Shown here in pieces: positions 45,401 to 59,802 of a stretch of DNA of 64,000 bases. Below the pieces are notes generated by a model, which saw nothing but the letters and a program-made list of their open reading frames with translations, did no database searches and was not told the DNA's origin. Both the position numbers and the translations under genes were made by a program. Source of the stretch: Myxococcales bacterium (GTDB taxonomy: Bacteria; Myxococcota_A; Polyangia; Polyangiales; DASUME01). Each line of letters starts with the position of its first letter. Position 1 is the first letter of the stretch. The stretch lies in NCBI GenBank assembly GCA_047601445.1, contig JASGJH010000001.1, positions 1 through 64,000 of the forward strand, written 5' to 3'.

Positions 45401-48400
45401 AGCCAATTCACCCTCAGCCCGAATGGAACCTACAAGTTCGTGCCCGGCGCGGGGTACTCGGGGACTGATAGCTTCACGTACCAGGCGTTTGACGGTGCAA
45501 GCTTCCAATGTCAGCACCGTCACCATTACGGTTCGAGAAACGGCCCCGGTGGGAAATGCCGACACGTTTTCCATTGGCCATGACAAGTCGATCACACCAA
45601 TCCTGTCGGTGCTAACAAACGACTCTGACGCTGAGAATGACCTGCTTACCGCGCAGCTTGTTGCCTCGCCGGCGCACGCCAGCCAGTTCACCCTGAATGC
45701 GAACGGCACGTTCTCCTTCACGCCCGTCGCGGGATATTCGGGCGATGATTCGTTCACGTATCAAGCCAACGATGGCGCAACTGTCAGCCACCACGACGGT
45801 CACGATCCACGTAAACGAAACGGCGCCAATAGCAGCGAATGATGCGTTTACGATTGGACACGGACGCTTGCTCAACCGGTCCATCCTCACCAACGACTCC
45901 GATGCCGAAAGCGATCCACTCACCATTCAATTGCTCGACTGGCAAACCCAACAGCCGATCACTCCACAGGCGCTCGCCCAATCGATGGCGGGTACGTTCG
46001 TCTGGAATGCCAACGGCACGTTCCAGTACACCGCGCCCCAGAACGCGGCGACTGAACATTTCGCCTATCGGCTGAACGATGGCCTTAATAACAGCAGCAT
46101 CGCCACCGTCACGATTCAATCCACGCGCACAGCTCCCAATGTCGTCGCCGACAATTTCACCGACGTTCATGATCGATCCTTGTCAGCCAGCGTTGTCACG
46201 AACGACAGCGACGTTGACGGCGACTCGCTCACGGCTCAGCTTTACGACCCGGCGACCCAGCAGGTGGTAACCGCCGATCAACTGGGATTGCAAGGGAGGC
46301 TGACTTGGAGCTCCAATGGCGCCTTCGTCTATGCGCCCCCATTGCATTGGACGGGGACCGAGGTTTTTCGCTATCGCCTGTTCGACGGGTTCGACTACAG
46401 CTCACCCGTTGCCGTGACGATCACCGTGGGTGACCTCCCCCCTACCAGCCAGGACGACACCTACCACGTCAAACCTGGCACGAGTTATTACGCTCCGCCG
46501 CAGTTTAATCCATATCGACCTCAGCCCCTGGCCAACGACACAGATCCCGACAATGACCCCTTACAGGTGGCCACTGTCATCGGCCCCACACACGGCACGT
46601 TGACGATTCTGCCCAGTGGCGCTTTTACTTACACGCCTACTTCAGGATTTCGTGGAACCGATAGTTTTACCTATCGCGCGACCGATGGCGTAACCTTAAC
46701 AAACCCAACGACGGCCACCTTCCTCGTTGCCAATGCGCCGCCGGTCGCCAGCAACGACCAACTGACCGCTCAGGCAGAAATTCCGAGTTCGCTGAGCCTC
46801 GTCTTCAACGATACCGATCCCGATGGCGACGCGCTCACGGCCTATCCGGTCGATCCGGTGACCGGCAATCAAATCTCACCTGCCAGTTTAGATCTGCATG
46901 GCACGCTGGCTTGGGACTCGCTCGGCGGATTTACCTATCAGGCCAACGCGGGCTACTCAGGAATCGTCACGTTTTCCTATCGGATTACCGATGGATGGGA
47001 CATCAGCAATACCGCCAAGGTCACGATCCAGGTGCAAGGTTCGTCGGCAGTGAACCATTCCCCCGTCGCTCACGACGACAAGTTTGCCCTCGGTCTGGGG
47101 CATGTCTTAAATGTTCCCAGCTATCAAAATTGGCACGGTAGCTCGAACGCCCTTCCATTGCAACTCAACGATTCCGATGCGGACGGCGATGACCTAACGA
47201 CGCTGCTGATGACAGGCGTCAGTCATGGCTCGCTTGCGCTCAGTGCAGATGGTTCTTTTGTCTATACGCCTCAAGCCGGTTTTCAAGGGACCGACCAATT
47301 CACATATCAGTTGTTCGACGGCAACGCCAACAGCAACACAGCCACAGTAACCATCAACGTGGCCAATCACTTGCCAGTAGCCGCCGCGGCAACTTTCACG
47401 GTGACGCACGATCAAACGCTCGACACCTCCACGGGAAATGCCGCCATCGTGGGGGGCTTGTCCAGTACGCTCAGCGACGTTGATACCGATACGCTTACCT
47501 ATTCGATTACGGCCAACACGACGCATGGCCAGTTGACGCTGTTGACGGGGGGCAATTTCCGCTATCAGCCAACCCCTGGCTATGTCGGCGGCGACAGCTT
47601 CACGTATCAAATCGCCGATGGCCACGGCGGGACTGCCACAGCCAAAGTGGCGTTTGCGGTAGTTAACCAGCGGCCCACAGCCAATTCCGGCTTGGTCACG
47701 ATGACGCATGACACGACACTGACGAGCCATCTGCCCTCTGGATTTTCGACAGACGGCGATCCGATCGATGCCCGTCCCGCCGGCGGACCATTTTATGGTT
47801 CGCTCACGCTGTCCGCGGATGGAACCTACGTCTATACGCCGAGCGCCTCGTTCGTCGGCACGGACTCATTTACGTACGTGTGGCGCGATCGCGTTGGGCT
47901 GACGGGCGTCGCCGAAGGGTTGGAGAGCAATTTTGCCACGATCACGATTAACGTGCCGCGCTCGGTCTCCAGTGGCGGTGGACGACGTGTTTGCTTTCGG
48001 TTTCGAGCAAGGGCCGAACTACACGGCGAATGTGCTGAACAACGATCTCAACGCTGATGGCGGCGCGCTGACCGCTTCCGTTTCCGTTCCGCCTCAGCAC
48101 GGGATCGTGACGATACAAGCCAACGGCAGCTTTCAATACACCCCCACGAGCGCCGGCTTCATCGGCTCGGATAGCTTCGTCTATGTCGTTCAGGACAGCG
48201 TGGGAACTAGCGTGTCGGCCAAAGCAACGTTGACCATCTCGCCCCTGGCGGTGCATCCGGTCACGGACCTGCAAGTGCTGGAGCGTTCCAATCTGAACGC
48301 CGTCCTAGCCAATGTCACATTCTCCAGTGGCTACACGGCTGCGTTACCGCTCACCGTTTCCGTCGCTTGGGGGGATGGCCAAACCACGGCCGGAACGGTG

Positions 48401-51400
48401 TCTAACACGACCACTGGTTTCCAGCTTTCAGGAACGCATCGCTACGACAAAAACGGCGTCTATTCAGCCGTGCTGACTTTGCATGACTCGGCTGGTGGAA
48501 CTTGGTTGGCGACGACGAATGTGACCGTTGCCGATACGCCTCCACAAGTCTCAATCTCGCCTAATTTTTCGGCGCGGAAGGGGCAGGCTTTCCAATATGC
48601 GCTGGCCACCTTTACCGATGACGCCGACGCCACGCCAAGCCAGTTTACCGCCCAGGTTGACTGGGGAGACGGCCGGCAATCGCCAGCAACCATTACCGCG
48701 AACAACGGCACATTTACCGTGATGGGTTCGCACCTCTATGCCCATCGCGGCCAACAACCGGTGTCGCTGACGGTGACAAAGACGGGAGGCCTCACCGCGT
48801 CGGCCAGTGGCCAGATGATCAACGTCACGCACGTCATCACAGTGACCGGTCAGACCGCTCATATTGATCCAGGCAACTCGATCAATGGTGCAGTTGCTTC
48901 GTTCACCAGCGACAATTCGCAGGATAGCGCGGAAGATTTCTTCGCGATTGTTAGTTGGGGGGATGGCACGCAGTCGCTCGGCCTGATCACGGGCGAGGGA
49001 GGAATGTTCACCGTCTCGGGACAACACGCGTATTCACAGCCCGGCAGCTATCCCATCCATGTTGAAGTAACAGATGACGATCCGGCAGTCGGATCGATCG
49101 TCGTTGGCCAAAACTTGCCCGAAATTCCCAATGTCACTCTGCAAGTCTTTGGCAAAAATCTGGTGATCAATGCAGGTGAGGCCCTCTCGCAAAGCAATGT
49201 GTTGGCCGAGGTTTTTGAAACCGACGTCGGAGGAACCCCGGCGGCGGTAACTGCCTCGATCAATTGGGGTGATGGTAAGACGAGCAATGGCACAGTCAAT
49301 GGATCTGACGGCCAATTTGAAGTGACCGGCGATCACACGTACACCAGTGAAGGGGCTTACAAAGTAACGATCACGATCAGCGGCAGCGGCACGAGTACGC
49401 TCGGTACAGCTTCGATTCTCGTTCTCGGCAAACCGCTCCAGGGAACGCCCCAAACGATCGATCTGACTAACCTGAGTTATGACGTGGCACATGGGCGAGA
49501 TCCCCGCAACAACGCCTTAGTTGCTCAATTTACCGATCCCAGCGGCGCCAATGCGTCGTACACCGCGCTGCTCGACTTGGGAGATGGCCAGTTTGTCTCC
49601 GCTTCCGTCCAACGCACGCCCGGCGCGAGTTCGCAGACCTTGCAAGAAGGCTCTTCCGGCAGCGCTACCTCTCCTCCTGCGCCCGAAACACAACTGATCA
49701 CGCTCCCCAGCGTTCCGACGGGAGGCACGTTCACGCTCACGTTCGGTACCGCCACCACCGATCCCTTGCCGTCGAACGCCAACGCCGCTCAGGTGCAAGC
49801 GGCATTGCTCGATTTGCCAACGATTGCCGGAGTAACCGTCAGCGGCAATCCCGCGATCGGCTTCACGGTTACCTTCACCGCGCAGCAAGCCAATCAAAAC
49901 GTCGGGTCCATTTCTGCGAACGACGCGGGATTGACCGGAGGGGCCAAGACCTACGATGTTCGCGCCACCGTCAACGAGACGATGCCCGAATCGCTCAAAG
50001 TGCGCATCTACAAGAACGGCGAGCCGCGATTGGAGATCGAAAGCACGATCCAGCAACCGAATAGTTCCTCGGCATCGTCCAGCAGTGGCGATAGTCACGC
50101 CCCGGACGACCTTAAGGATTGGCTGGACGAGCAGGATGATAAAGCACAGCCCAAGACGATTTCCCCCCAGGGAGTGACGATCTCCGCCACCGAGAACGAG
50201 TCGTTCGACGGCAATGTGGCGGATGTCGCGGGCGACACGGAGGGCTGGACTGCCCAGATCAATTGGGGCGACGGCGACCAGGGGGAGGGGACGGTTAGCG
50301 GAGGACACGTTCAAGGCCAGCACACCTATGAAAAGCCCGGCGACTATCGCATCACCGTCACGCTCCGCCACGATCCACCGCAACATGATTCAAATGATCC
50401 TAACGACACCCTGTACGGCAACAGTTACTACTACAACAGCGGCTATTACTACAACGGCTATTATCAAGCGACCGTCTATAGTGGCGCGATTGTCAACGCC
50501 AAGCCGTTTACGCTAACGGCAGGCACGCTAGTCGCAGGCCAGACAGGGGAACGATTGGACGACCAAGTGCTGGCCACCGGCACGGACATTGGCGATAACG
50601 CGACCGCCGTCATCGAGTGGGGGGATGGAACTATCGATGAGGGGACGACGAGTGAAACGGAAGTTAAAGGCTCGCACGTTTATGAGAATCCTGGCGAGTA
50701 TCAAATCCGCGTGGTCGTGCGTAGCGGTTCGCATGTCAAGACTGTCGTCACCAATTCCAAGATCACGTTGCCCAGTCTTGCGTCAGGCGCCGCCGCGTCC
50801 CTTGGATCTATTGCCGCTCCCTCAACGGATCACCGGACAGGAAGAGCAGGAACTCAAGGATGGAACTCAAGGGCTCATCGTCGCGGTGATCAACGACATG
50901 AATCCCACACATATCGGCGGTCTGCATCAAGCGACGATCAACTGGGGAGATGGCTCTAAATCGGAGGGTGTGATCGAGTATGTCTCCGGCACGAAATACA
51001 ACGTCCGTGGGAAACATACCTATCACGACGCCGGCGCGTTCGGTATTAAGGTGACGTATCAAGACCAGGCAGACGAACTGATCGTTGGCACGACGGCACT
51101 GATCTCCGCGCCGCACATCGTCGGTGTGAACAGCAGTGCGGTCACGGCTGAGGACATTACCACCGGCGCGGGAGCGACGCTGCAAGATGTGCTCGTCGCC
51201 GAATTCAAGCTGGACGATTCCAACTCGCTCCGAACAGCCGCTGACTTCTCGGCCACGATTCACTGGGGCGATGGCACGCGGGCCACCACCGGAAAGATTG
51301 TGCAGTTCGGCGACAAGTTCCTCGTTTATGGCAGCCACATTTATCTTAGCTCGAATTCCTCCCCTTCTTGGTATTACGATAGCTACAGCTATGGATATTA

Positions 51401-54400
51401 CAGCTATGGATATTATGGATATAGCTACCCAGGCTACGGCGGCAGCGGCAAGTTCACGCTAACCGTGGATATTCAGGATGGTGCAGCAGTCACGCAATCA
51501 GTTGAGGCCAAAGGAACCGTGGAAGTGGGCCTCACCTATGTTGGCGGCGGCCCGATCAGCCTTTACACGGGCCTAGCCGGCCAAGCCACGATCAGCTGGG
51601 GAAACGATTATGTGGCCACCGACACCTACCATGGCCGCGGCGATATCAATTATCAATGGACCTCCTATGACTACACGTCAAATTCAGAGGGTGGCCTAGT
51701 CGATCACAGCTTTTCGCAACAGACTGAGACGTATTACGGGATCGCTCAGCTCACCCAGTCGATTGACTGGGGAGACAACGAAACGAATACACTAAATGCT
51801 TATCTCAACTATGGCGATTCGGAAACCGCTGGCGACAACGGCGATCATTCGAGCCAAACATGGAGCGGGCTCAACAGCTCAGGTGCTTTCGGCTGGGGTT
51901 GGGGGGGCTGTGGCATGGGGGGATGTGGTGGCTGGTTAGGTAGCTACTACGGATGGGGCTGGGGAGGTTGGTGGGGCGGTTATTATGGCTGGGGCGGGCT
52001 TGGCGGCTGGTATTCTTTAGGAGACACGTTCCCAGACGGCTCGCAAGAGAAGAGCGATTCTAGTTCGTGGGAGTACCCCGACTCCTTTGGCGGATCTTCT
52101 TATTACTCAGGTAACTCAAGTTACGATGCCACGCCGACGCATTATCACACTGAAGGACAGGAGCAGTGGAACAATCCTCCATGGTATTGGGGGTGGGGTG
52201 GCTACTACGGCTTGGGTGGCTACTACGGCTTGGGCGGTTACTATGGCTTGGGCGGTTACTATGGCTTGGGCGGTTACTATGGCTTGGGCGGTTACTATGG
52301 CTTGGGCGGTTACTATGGCTTTGGTAGCTACTATGGCTGGGGTTATTATGGCACTTCTGGCAACAGTAATTGGACGTCTGACTCCTACGCCTACGATTGG
52401 CAGCCGTATGGCAATACGTCGCATACCTACGAGGAACCTGGTTCCTACGAGATCGATGCGCTCGGCATTCAGCGAACGATCGTGGTGGGAGATGGCGTCG
52501 TTCTCAATGCCAAAGTGATTCCCGCGTTCTATGCCACGGCGGGCGAATCGGCTGAGACCACGCTCCTCACCTTCAGCGATAGCAAGTGGCTGGATGATAG
52601 CGATAACGGCTTCTTCGCCGAAGTCTCGTGGGGGGATGGCGAGGTCGGTACCGCCCCTGTCGAAATGGGCCCCGACAACCGCCTGAAGATCACAGGCGAC
52701 CATGAGTACGACCTCCCCGGCAGCTATCCCGTCACCATTCTCCTAAACGACGGCGGCGGCACACAACGTGTCTTCAGCACGTTAGCGAAAGTAGCCGATT
52801 ATGATCTGACCGGCACGGGCAAAGACTTCCGGACCGTGGCGAACGAATCGACCGGCGACGTGCTGGTGGCGACGATCGATAACTGGACCTCGCCCGAGGG
52901 GGATTATGAAGCCGATGCCGAGCTGTTCACGGCCGAAATCGACTGGGGTGATAAGAACAATCAATCCAGCGACGGGTCGTCGTCTAAGCCCTATCTCTCG
53001 CTCGGCACAATCTACTACAACGTCTTGACCGACAAGCTAGACGTCTATGGCAGCCACAAGTACTCGGCCGCCGGCGATTTCACGGTGAAGATCAAGATTA
53101 CTGACCTGGCCACCCCCGGTGTGGTCGTTAAGGGCCAGGCTCACGTCACCTCCGATTGGTCGCTGCAAGCGGTCCAGCGGACTGAAGGTTTCGAGGAAGG
53201 ATATCAGCAAAGTTTCGGCCCCGCCTCCGTCGCGCTGAACACCGGCGCGCTCCTCCTGGCTCAGGAACTCGATTTCGACGTTAGCCCCGGCACGGCCAGC
53301 GGCCGTGATCCGTTGCTCGTCTTCAACTCCAACACGCTCAGCGTCCACCCAATCATCCAGGCCGATTTGCAAAGCGTCGCCGGCACGGCGGTGCCGGCGC
53401 GGATCGAGGTGCAGCTTACCTGGAACGATCAGCCGCAAGCCCTGCGCACCTTTACGACCACCGGACATTCAGCCGGCGACAGCTACGTTATGGCGGCTCA
53501 GGTGGATGCAGCGGTCAAGCACTCCGGTGTGTATGCCTGGAAGTTCCACGTCAGCATCTATCGCACTGCGAACGACGATCAGCCGATCCAACTCGAAGAC
53601 TCCGGCCAGGCCCTGGTCATCGTCAACGAGGACGAGTCGGCCACGGCCGGCAATCCCTTCAACTATCTGGCCGCTTACCAACCTGGCTGGAACCTCAGCG
53701 TGCTTGACCGGCTGCTGATTCAAGACAACGGCGACGTGCTGTGGCAAACCGGCGCCGGCGGCACGCGATTGTACGTCAAGCAAACAAACGGAGAGTACGA
53801 AAACGCCGCCACGAACGATTTTGGCCAGTTGGAGTTCGACCCAGAACAGGTCGAATTCACCTACACCGCTAAGGACCGCACGCAGTACGTCTTCAACCAT
53901 CTGGGGCTACTCGCCAAAATCGAACCCCCCGACGAGTTGGAGTACAAGCTGCAGTACGATAGTGCAGGTCGCATTCAAAAAGTCATCTCGCCCGATGCCG
54001 CGCCGACGAATGCCAGCGCCACGTTTGGCTATACGGGAACTCGGCTGACCAGCATTGCGGAACCGGGGAGCCGCACGTTTAGCCTGGCCAATAACGGCAG
54101 CCAGTTCGTGATCACTGATCCGGAAGGATTCACTCGCACCTTTGCACTCGATGCGGCGGGACGGGTGACGGGGCAGGCCTGGGATCCGTACGCGAGTATC
54201 TATCATTATGCGACGAACGGCCTGCTCGATGGCGTGCAATTGGGCCTGACGGCGTTGGGAAGCATCTATCAGGTTCAGCCGTTGGCGGCGGTAGGCCTGG
54301 GAAGCACTGCCTCAAACAATGTCGCCCCCACCATTCCCTACACCTACGCGATGGTGACCGCCCCCGCCCTCCCCGGCGGCAGCAGCTTCCGCCACGACAC

Positions 54401-57400
54401 CAAGTACCAACTCGACCCCGAAGGACGCCTCCTGGCCGAGAACCGGCCGGACGGCGTCACGCTGAAGTGGGAGCGCGACAGCCACCACAACGTCGAGTAT
54501 TACCAAGACGCGAACGGCAACTACTCGTCGTATGTCTATGACTACAGCGACGAAGGCAAGGGAGATCTGGAACTCTTAGATGCTCCCGGCCAAGGGACGA
54601 CCGAGTATGAGTACGACCCGCGGTTCCATCTCGTCACCAAGATCACCGACGCCCGTAATAACAGCACATATTTTGAATACGACGACGAAGCGCATCTCAT
54701 CACGACCACTGATCCCTACGGCAAGACGATCGTCAACACCTGGGCTAGCGACGTCATTCAGTCCACCACCGACAAGCGCGGCAGCACCACGACCTACGCC
54801 TACGACACCAACCGCCGGCTGACCGACGAATACGATCCGCTGGCGGCAGCCGGAAATTACAAGACACACTACGTCTATGACAACCGCGGCAACGTCGAGG
54901 AAATCGACGACAACAACGGCAACGGGACGATCTATACGTATGACGGGCTGAACCGACTCACTTACGTTACCGACCCGCAGAATTACTTCACCGAGACCGA
55001 TTACACGGCGGCGGGACTGGCCTACCGTGAACGGGACAAAAACGGCGTCATCGCCAAGCAATTCTACGATACCCGCGGCTACCAGACCGACACCTACGCC
55101 GCCTTTGGCACAGCGGTCCAGCAGCACACGCACTTCGATTACTACGCCAACGGCTCACTCTGGAAAACGACCAATCCCTTCAACCAAGTCACCTCTGTCA
55201 CGCCGAATTTCGACCCAGCCGCTCGCCAGGTGACCGTCACCGATCCGCTGGGCGGATGGGTGACTAGCAGTTACGACGCGGCAGGGAATTTGAAAACCGA
55301 AGCGCGGCCTGGTCGGATCACGCTGTACGAATACGACGCTGCCAACCGCCAACGCTTTTTCTATCCGAACTACGGTGCCAATTCCTCGGTGCGGTACGAA
55401 ACGACCTACGACGATGTGGGGAACGTCCTGACCCAGACCGATCCGGAGGGGAACACCACGACGAATATGATCGATCCCAAGCTGAACCTGGTACGCGCCG
55501 TGACCGATGGCTCCGGCGTCACCACGTCGTACGATTACGATCCCAACGGCAACCTGTGGAAGACCTACTTCCCCAGTCAGCTCATCACGATCAACAACTA
55601 TGACGCCCGCAACCTGCTGATGGGCACGGAGTATTACGACTACTCGCAGGATGACTTCGTCGGCACGACCGGCTTCACCTACGACCACAACGGCAACAAG
55701 CTGACCGAGACCGACCTGCGAGGCAACACCACTAACTTCTATTACAACAACCTCGACCAACTCACCGACATCTGGCAGCCGTTGCCCGGCACCAGCCAGC
55801 ATGGCCGGCCGCACACGCACTACAGCTACTACGCCGATGGCAGTCAGGAGAGCGTCACCGACCCCATGGGACGCCTCACGACAACCTTCTACGACGCCTT
55901 GGGTCGGACCACGAGTGTTCAGGAATACGACGGCACCACGTATTTCAATCACACCACGTTCAGCGACAGCAACTATGGCACGGTGCAGATGGAGCAGGTG
56001 ACCGACAAGCTCAACCGTGTCACCACAGAGCTTTATGACCCGCTGGGCCGGCTGTATGAGCATCGCGATCCGAATCCGGCCACGGGGGCCGGGGATGGGC
56101 CGATCAGCAAGACGGGGTACAACGCCCAAGGAATGGTCAACCGGACGCTGGCCGCCGATGGGACGGAAACGCTGTACAACTACGACAGTTTCGACCGCGT
56201 GAGCTCCGTGCAGGAAGGGACGGCCGCCGATCTATACACGACGTACAAAACGGTCGCCGGCGCCACCTACTACGACAACGGCTGGACGCAGACGAGCACC
56301 GACCGGGCCGGCACGACCACGAGCTACACCTACGACGGCGCGGGGCGGCAGCGGACGGCGACCGTTTCGGATGGCACGCAGTCACTCGTCACCGAGCAGA
56401 TTTACGACACGGCTGGCGCTGAACGTGGTGCTCGCCCCCAATGGGGACCAGACGACCTACGGCCGCGACGGTTTTGGCGACCCGCACCGAGACGGTGACC
56501 ATCGGCGGGGTGGACCTCGAACGGAGCTACGGCTACGACGAGAACGGCAACCTGACCGACTATACCGACCGCGATGGCCGCCGCACCCACTACCAGTACG
56601 ACACACTGAACCGGAAGACCGACGAAACCTGGTTCGACGAGAGCGACGACCCCACTGGCTACTCGGCGACCTACAGCTACACCATCGACAACTCGCTGCA
56701 CACCGTCACCGCTTATCAAGGGGCCAGTGTCGCTTCCAGCACGACGTACACCTACGACACGATGGGGCGGCCTGATGACGTGACGCGGTATGTCAACGGC
56801 GCGGGCAGCTTCGATTTGAACTACGACTACAACTCGGAAGGTTTTCTCTATCACCGCACGATCGACGCCGGGTTGTCTTCGCTGTTAGTGGATACCAGCT
56901 ACAGCTACGACTACGAGGGGCGCCCTGGAAGATTAGCGAGTCGGGCCTTTACGCTCAGGCCAAATCGATTGAATACGGCTACGTGCCGTTTGGCGATGCT
57001 CATGGCGGGCAACTGCTGACGATCAATCGGCATCTGGGGACAACTCCCACTTCAGGCAACCAGATTCTTTCCACCTTGTATGGCTACGACAGCCGCGACC
57101 GCCTCACCAGCATTGAGAACTATGGCTTTGGCCATACCCTGCCCATCAGCGAGTATGCCTATAGCTACAACACGGGAGACAGGATCGACTCGTTTGGCGT
57201 CACGCTTGATGGCGATCCGCAAACGGACGAAACGCGGACCTACGGCTACGACGCGACCGGCCAGCTCAAGACCGCCAAGGACAGTAGCAACACGGCGGTC
57301 GAAAGCTACAACTACGACGCCAACGGCAACCAGCAGAGTTGGGATCTGGACAATTTGAATCGGCCCCAGGACGACGGGGCGTACACCTATACCTACGACG

Positions 57401-59254
57401 CCGAAGGGAATCGGCTGACGCGGACGAACACCGCCTCGGGGGATGTCGAGACCTATTCCTGGGACAACCGCAATCGGCTAACGCAAGTCCAAAAGACCGA
57501 CGGCAGCACGGTGGTTTTCACCGTCGAGTATGCCTACGACAACGAGAATCAATTGGTTGGCCGCCGCGAGACGGTCGGCAGCAATGATCCTATCACGAAC
57601 TACTTCGTCTGGGACAACGGCCAGATCGTCCTGCGGCTGGATGGCAACGACGAGATGCTGAACCACTACACCTGGGGCTTTGGCACGGATCAGTTACTGG
57701 CTGACGAGCAGTACGACGCGGATACCCAGGCGCTCGACCACCTCTATTGGACGCTGGGGGATCACCAAGGCACCCTCCGCGACATCGCCGAGTTCACGCC
57801 GGCGGCAGGAGAAACAGACGCCCACACCGACTTGGTCAACCACCGCACGTTCGACTCGTTCGGCCTCCCCACCGGTGAAACCGACACCGCCATCGACGAA
57901 CTCTTCGGCTTCACCGGCGTCTATCTCGACCCACTAACAGGCCAACAATACAACCGCGCCCGCTGGTTCGACCCCCAGCTCCACCAATGGCTCAGCGACG
58001 ATCCGCTGGGGCTGGCCGCGGGTGACCCGAATGTGCGGAGGTATGTCAAGAACGACCCGGTGAATAAAACCGATCCGAGTGGGCTAGAGGAACGAGCGTT
58101 ATCGCCGGTTGAGTCGTTCATGCTTCGCGAGGCTAACTCGCGAGGGGTTGATATTCCTACGCTCGTCCAGCAACTTCAAGAAGAGGCAGCGATTGTCATG
58201 GCGCAAAATCGCGCCAGGGAATGGAATGAATTGTCCACCAAGATACAGCTGGAGGCAGATCGACGAAGGCGCGCTGCGGCTGAGATGGGAGTTGGAGGTG
58301 CGATTGCGGTCGGCACCCTCGCGGGTTCCATGGAAATAGGACGCGCTTTGACGATGCCTTTGCGATTGGTGGGCCGCGACTATTCCCAGCAGGATTTGGC
58401 TCTGGAGCAGATGTGGGAACTCTGCCAGCTTCGTGCGGAAGATGAGAAGTTCACGAGGACAGGAACTCGGGCTGCGGCGAACGTTTCCGCGCAAGCCATG
58501 ACTGCACTCACGCTGTCGGGTCCAGTCGAAGGAACGCTGACTTGGATTGGTGGAACGCGCCTTGTTCAAGCGGGGATGGCAACAAACACTGGAATTGTCC
58601 TTGCCAATGGCGCAAGCAGCGGCTCCTCTGGCTAATCTGACGGCCGGCAGCATGATGGGATACGCGGCTTACGAGAACGGGGTTGCCTCCTACTATGCAT
58701 ATCAAGTCGGTGACACGGACGCTTCGGCCAACTATGCGTCTCTATCCGTAATGCAAGGGTCGTTCGGGGCCTATGGTGTGGCGGATGGAACTTTTGGTGT
58801 TACTGGACAGTTGCGTCAGTTATGGGCATCCCAAGCAGACGCGTCCACAAGTCTGTTTTCTGCTGGCGAGGAATTCTACTGCAACGGAACGGGGAATTCA
58901 TATAAAACACTTCAGAGAAATGACATAAACTGGGGGCACATACGCACTGCTGGCGATCGTCGAGCAATTGGCCTAACAAATGCTGAAGCTGCAGAACAAT
59001 TTGGACTCGCGCCTCAATTGGATGATGGCTTCTTCGCAACACTTCACCACTGTGAGCAAGATGCGGGAGGTCCACTTTTTGAGGCCTCAACCCGCTACCA
59101 TAATATCACGAACATTAACAAAGCGCCTTTACACCCATACGGACGCGCCGGTCATCCATTTAATCCAATGGGGAGAGGTCCGGGATCACGACGGCAATTG
59201 TTTCAAGATCATGAAGTCGGAGAGTATTGGCAATGGAGGGCAATGACTAGATGA
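39417..59254 (+). CDS. Giant (~6,600 aa) adhesin-Rhs polymorphic toxin, split into ~12 ORF pieces by frameshifts
   Basis: RBS AGGAG; RRRRLFLERLEIRAMM motif; (GD)90; ~10 Calx-beta; ~16 Big_9/cadherin-like; ~12 WGDG PKD-like; YD repeats; Rhs core ending RYV.N.PVN..DPSG (58083); LHH-type tip (TN.E..., LHH, GPL.E, H). Confidence 0.85.
39705..40244 (+). repeat. (GGAGAY)90 tandem repeat encoding (Gly-Asp)90
   Basis: 540 bp of hexamers; only the Asp codon wobble (C/T) varies. Confidence 0.95.
52197..52340 (+). repeat. 18-bp tandem repeat encoding (GGYYGL)6-GGYYGF-GSYYGW
   Basis: Eight in-frame units with consensus GGCGGTTACTATGGCTTG. Confidence 0.92.
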
Positions 59255-59676
59255 ATATAATTCTACAGATTGCGACAAAGCTGTCTGCGAAACAATTTGA
59301 GCATGAACATCCTCACAATGTTGATAAGGCAATTAATGCGATTGTCGATGCCAATGCGGACCTTTTGAAGGCATATCTACGTCGTTTTCGAGGGCCTATT
59401 GGTTCATCAAGAACCAGCTTTCAACTTTTAGACGCGATTGAGGAACAGCCAAATATCGTTACTCAGACGACATTTTTGCGCAGTGAATTCCAGCTAGGAC
59501 AACAGTGGGTGGCGATTAGTGATATCGTCGGTGGTTCACTGCTCGTACTTAATACTGAAAAAGATAAAGTGTTTAATGTCGATTTTGAAGGCGGAATCGA
59601 ATTGCTTCGAGACGGAACCTTGCCTCCAATTTCAAACTCATTCGAAGAGTTTTTGATTTGGTTTTTTGTTATATGA
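59251..59676 (+). CDS. SMI1/KNR4 (SUKH)-like immunity protein
   Basis: ATGA overlap with the toxin stop; low GC; ...GG.L.V....DKVF.VD.EG...W/ISNSFEEFL C-terminus. Confidence 0.78.
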   Translation: MNIILQIATKLSAKQFEHEHPHNVDKAINAIVDANADLLKAYLRRFRGPIGSSRTSFQLLDAIEEQPNIVTQTTFLRSEFQLGQQWVAISDIVGGSLLVLNTEKDKVFNVDFEGGIELLRDGTLPPISNSFEEFLIWFFVI

Positions 59677-59802
59677 TGTTTGTGTAGTGGTTCAGCGATT
59701 GTTGTGTGGTCTGATGTTCACTTGTGAACTGGTCCATCGACTTTTGGATGGGCACTTGTTCAGCGGTTGGAGGGTTGAGAAAATAGATTGTGAGGCCAGA
59801 AC

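Noticed and set aside
48551..56854. Long minus-strand ORFs opposite the toxin, and similar antisense ORFs over the sulfatases and GH57
   Set aside because: They are shadow ORFs of high-GC coding DNA with no recognisable motifs.
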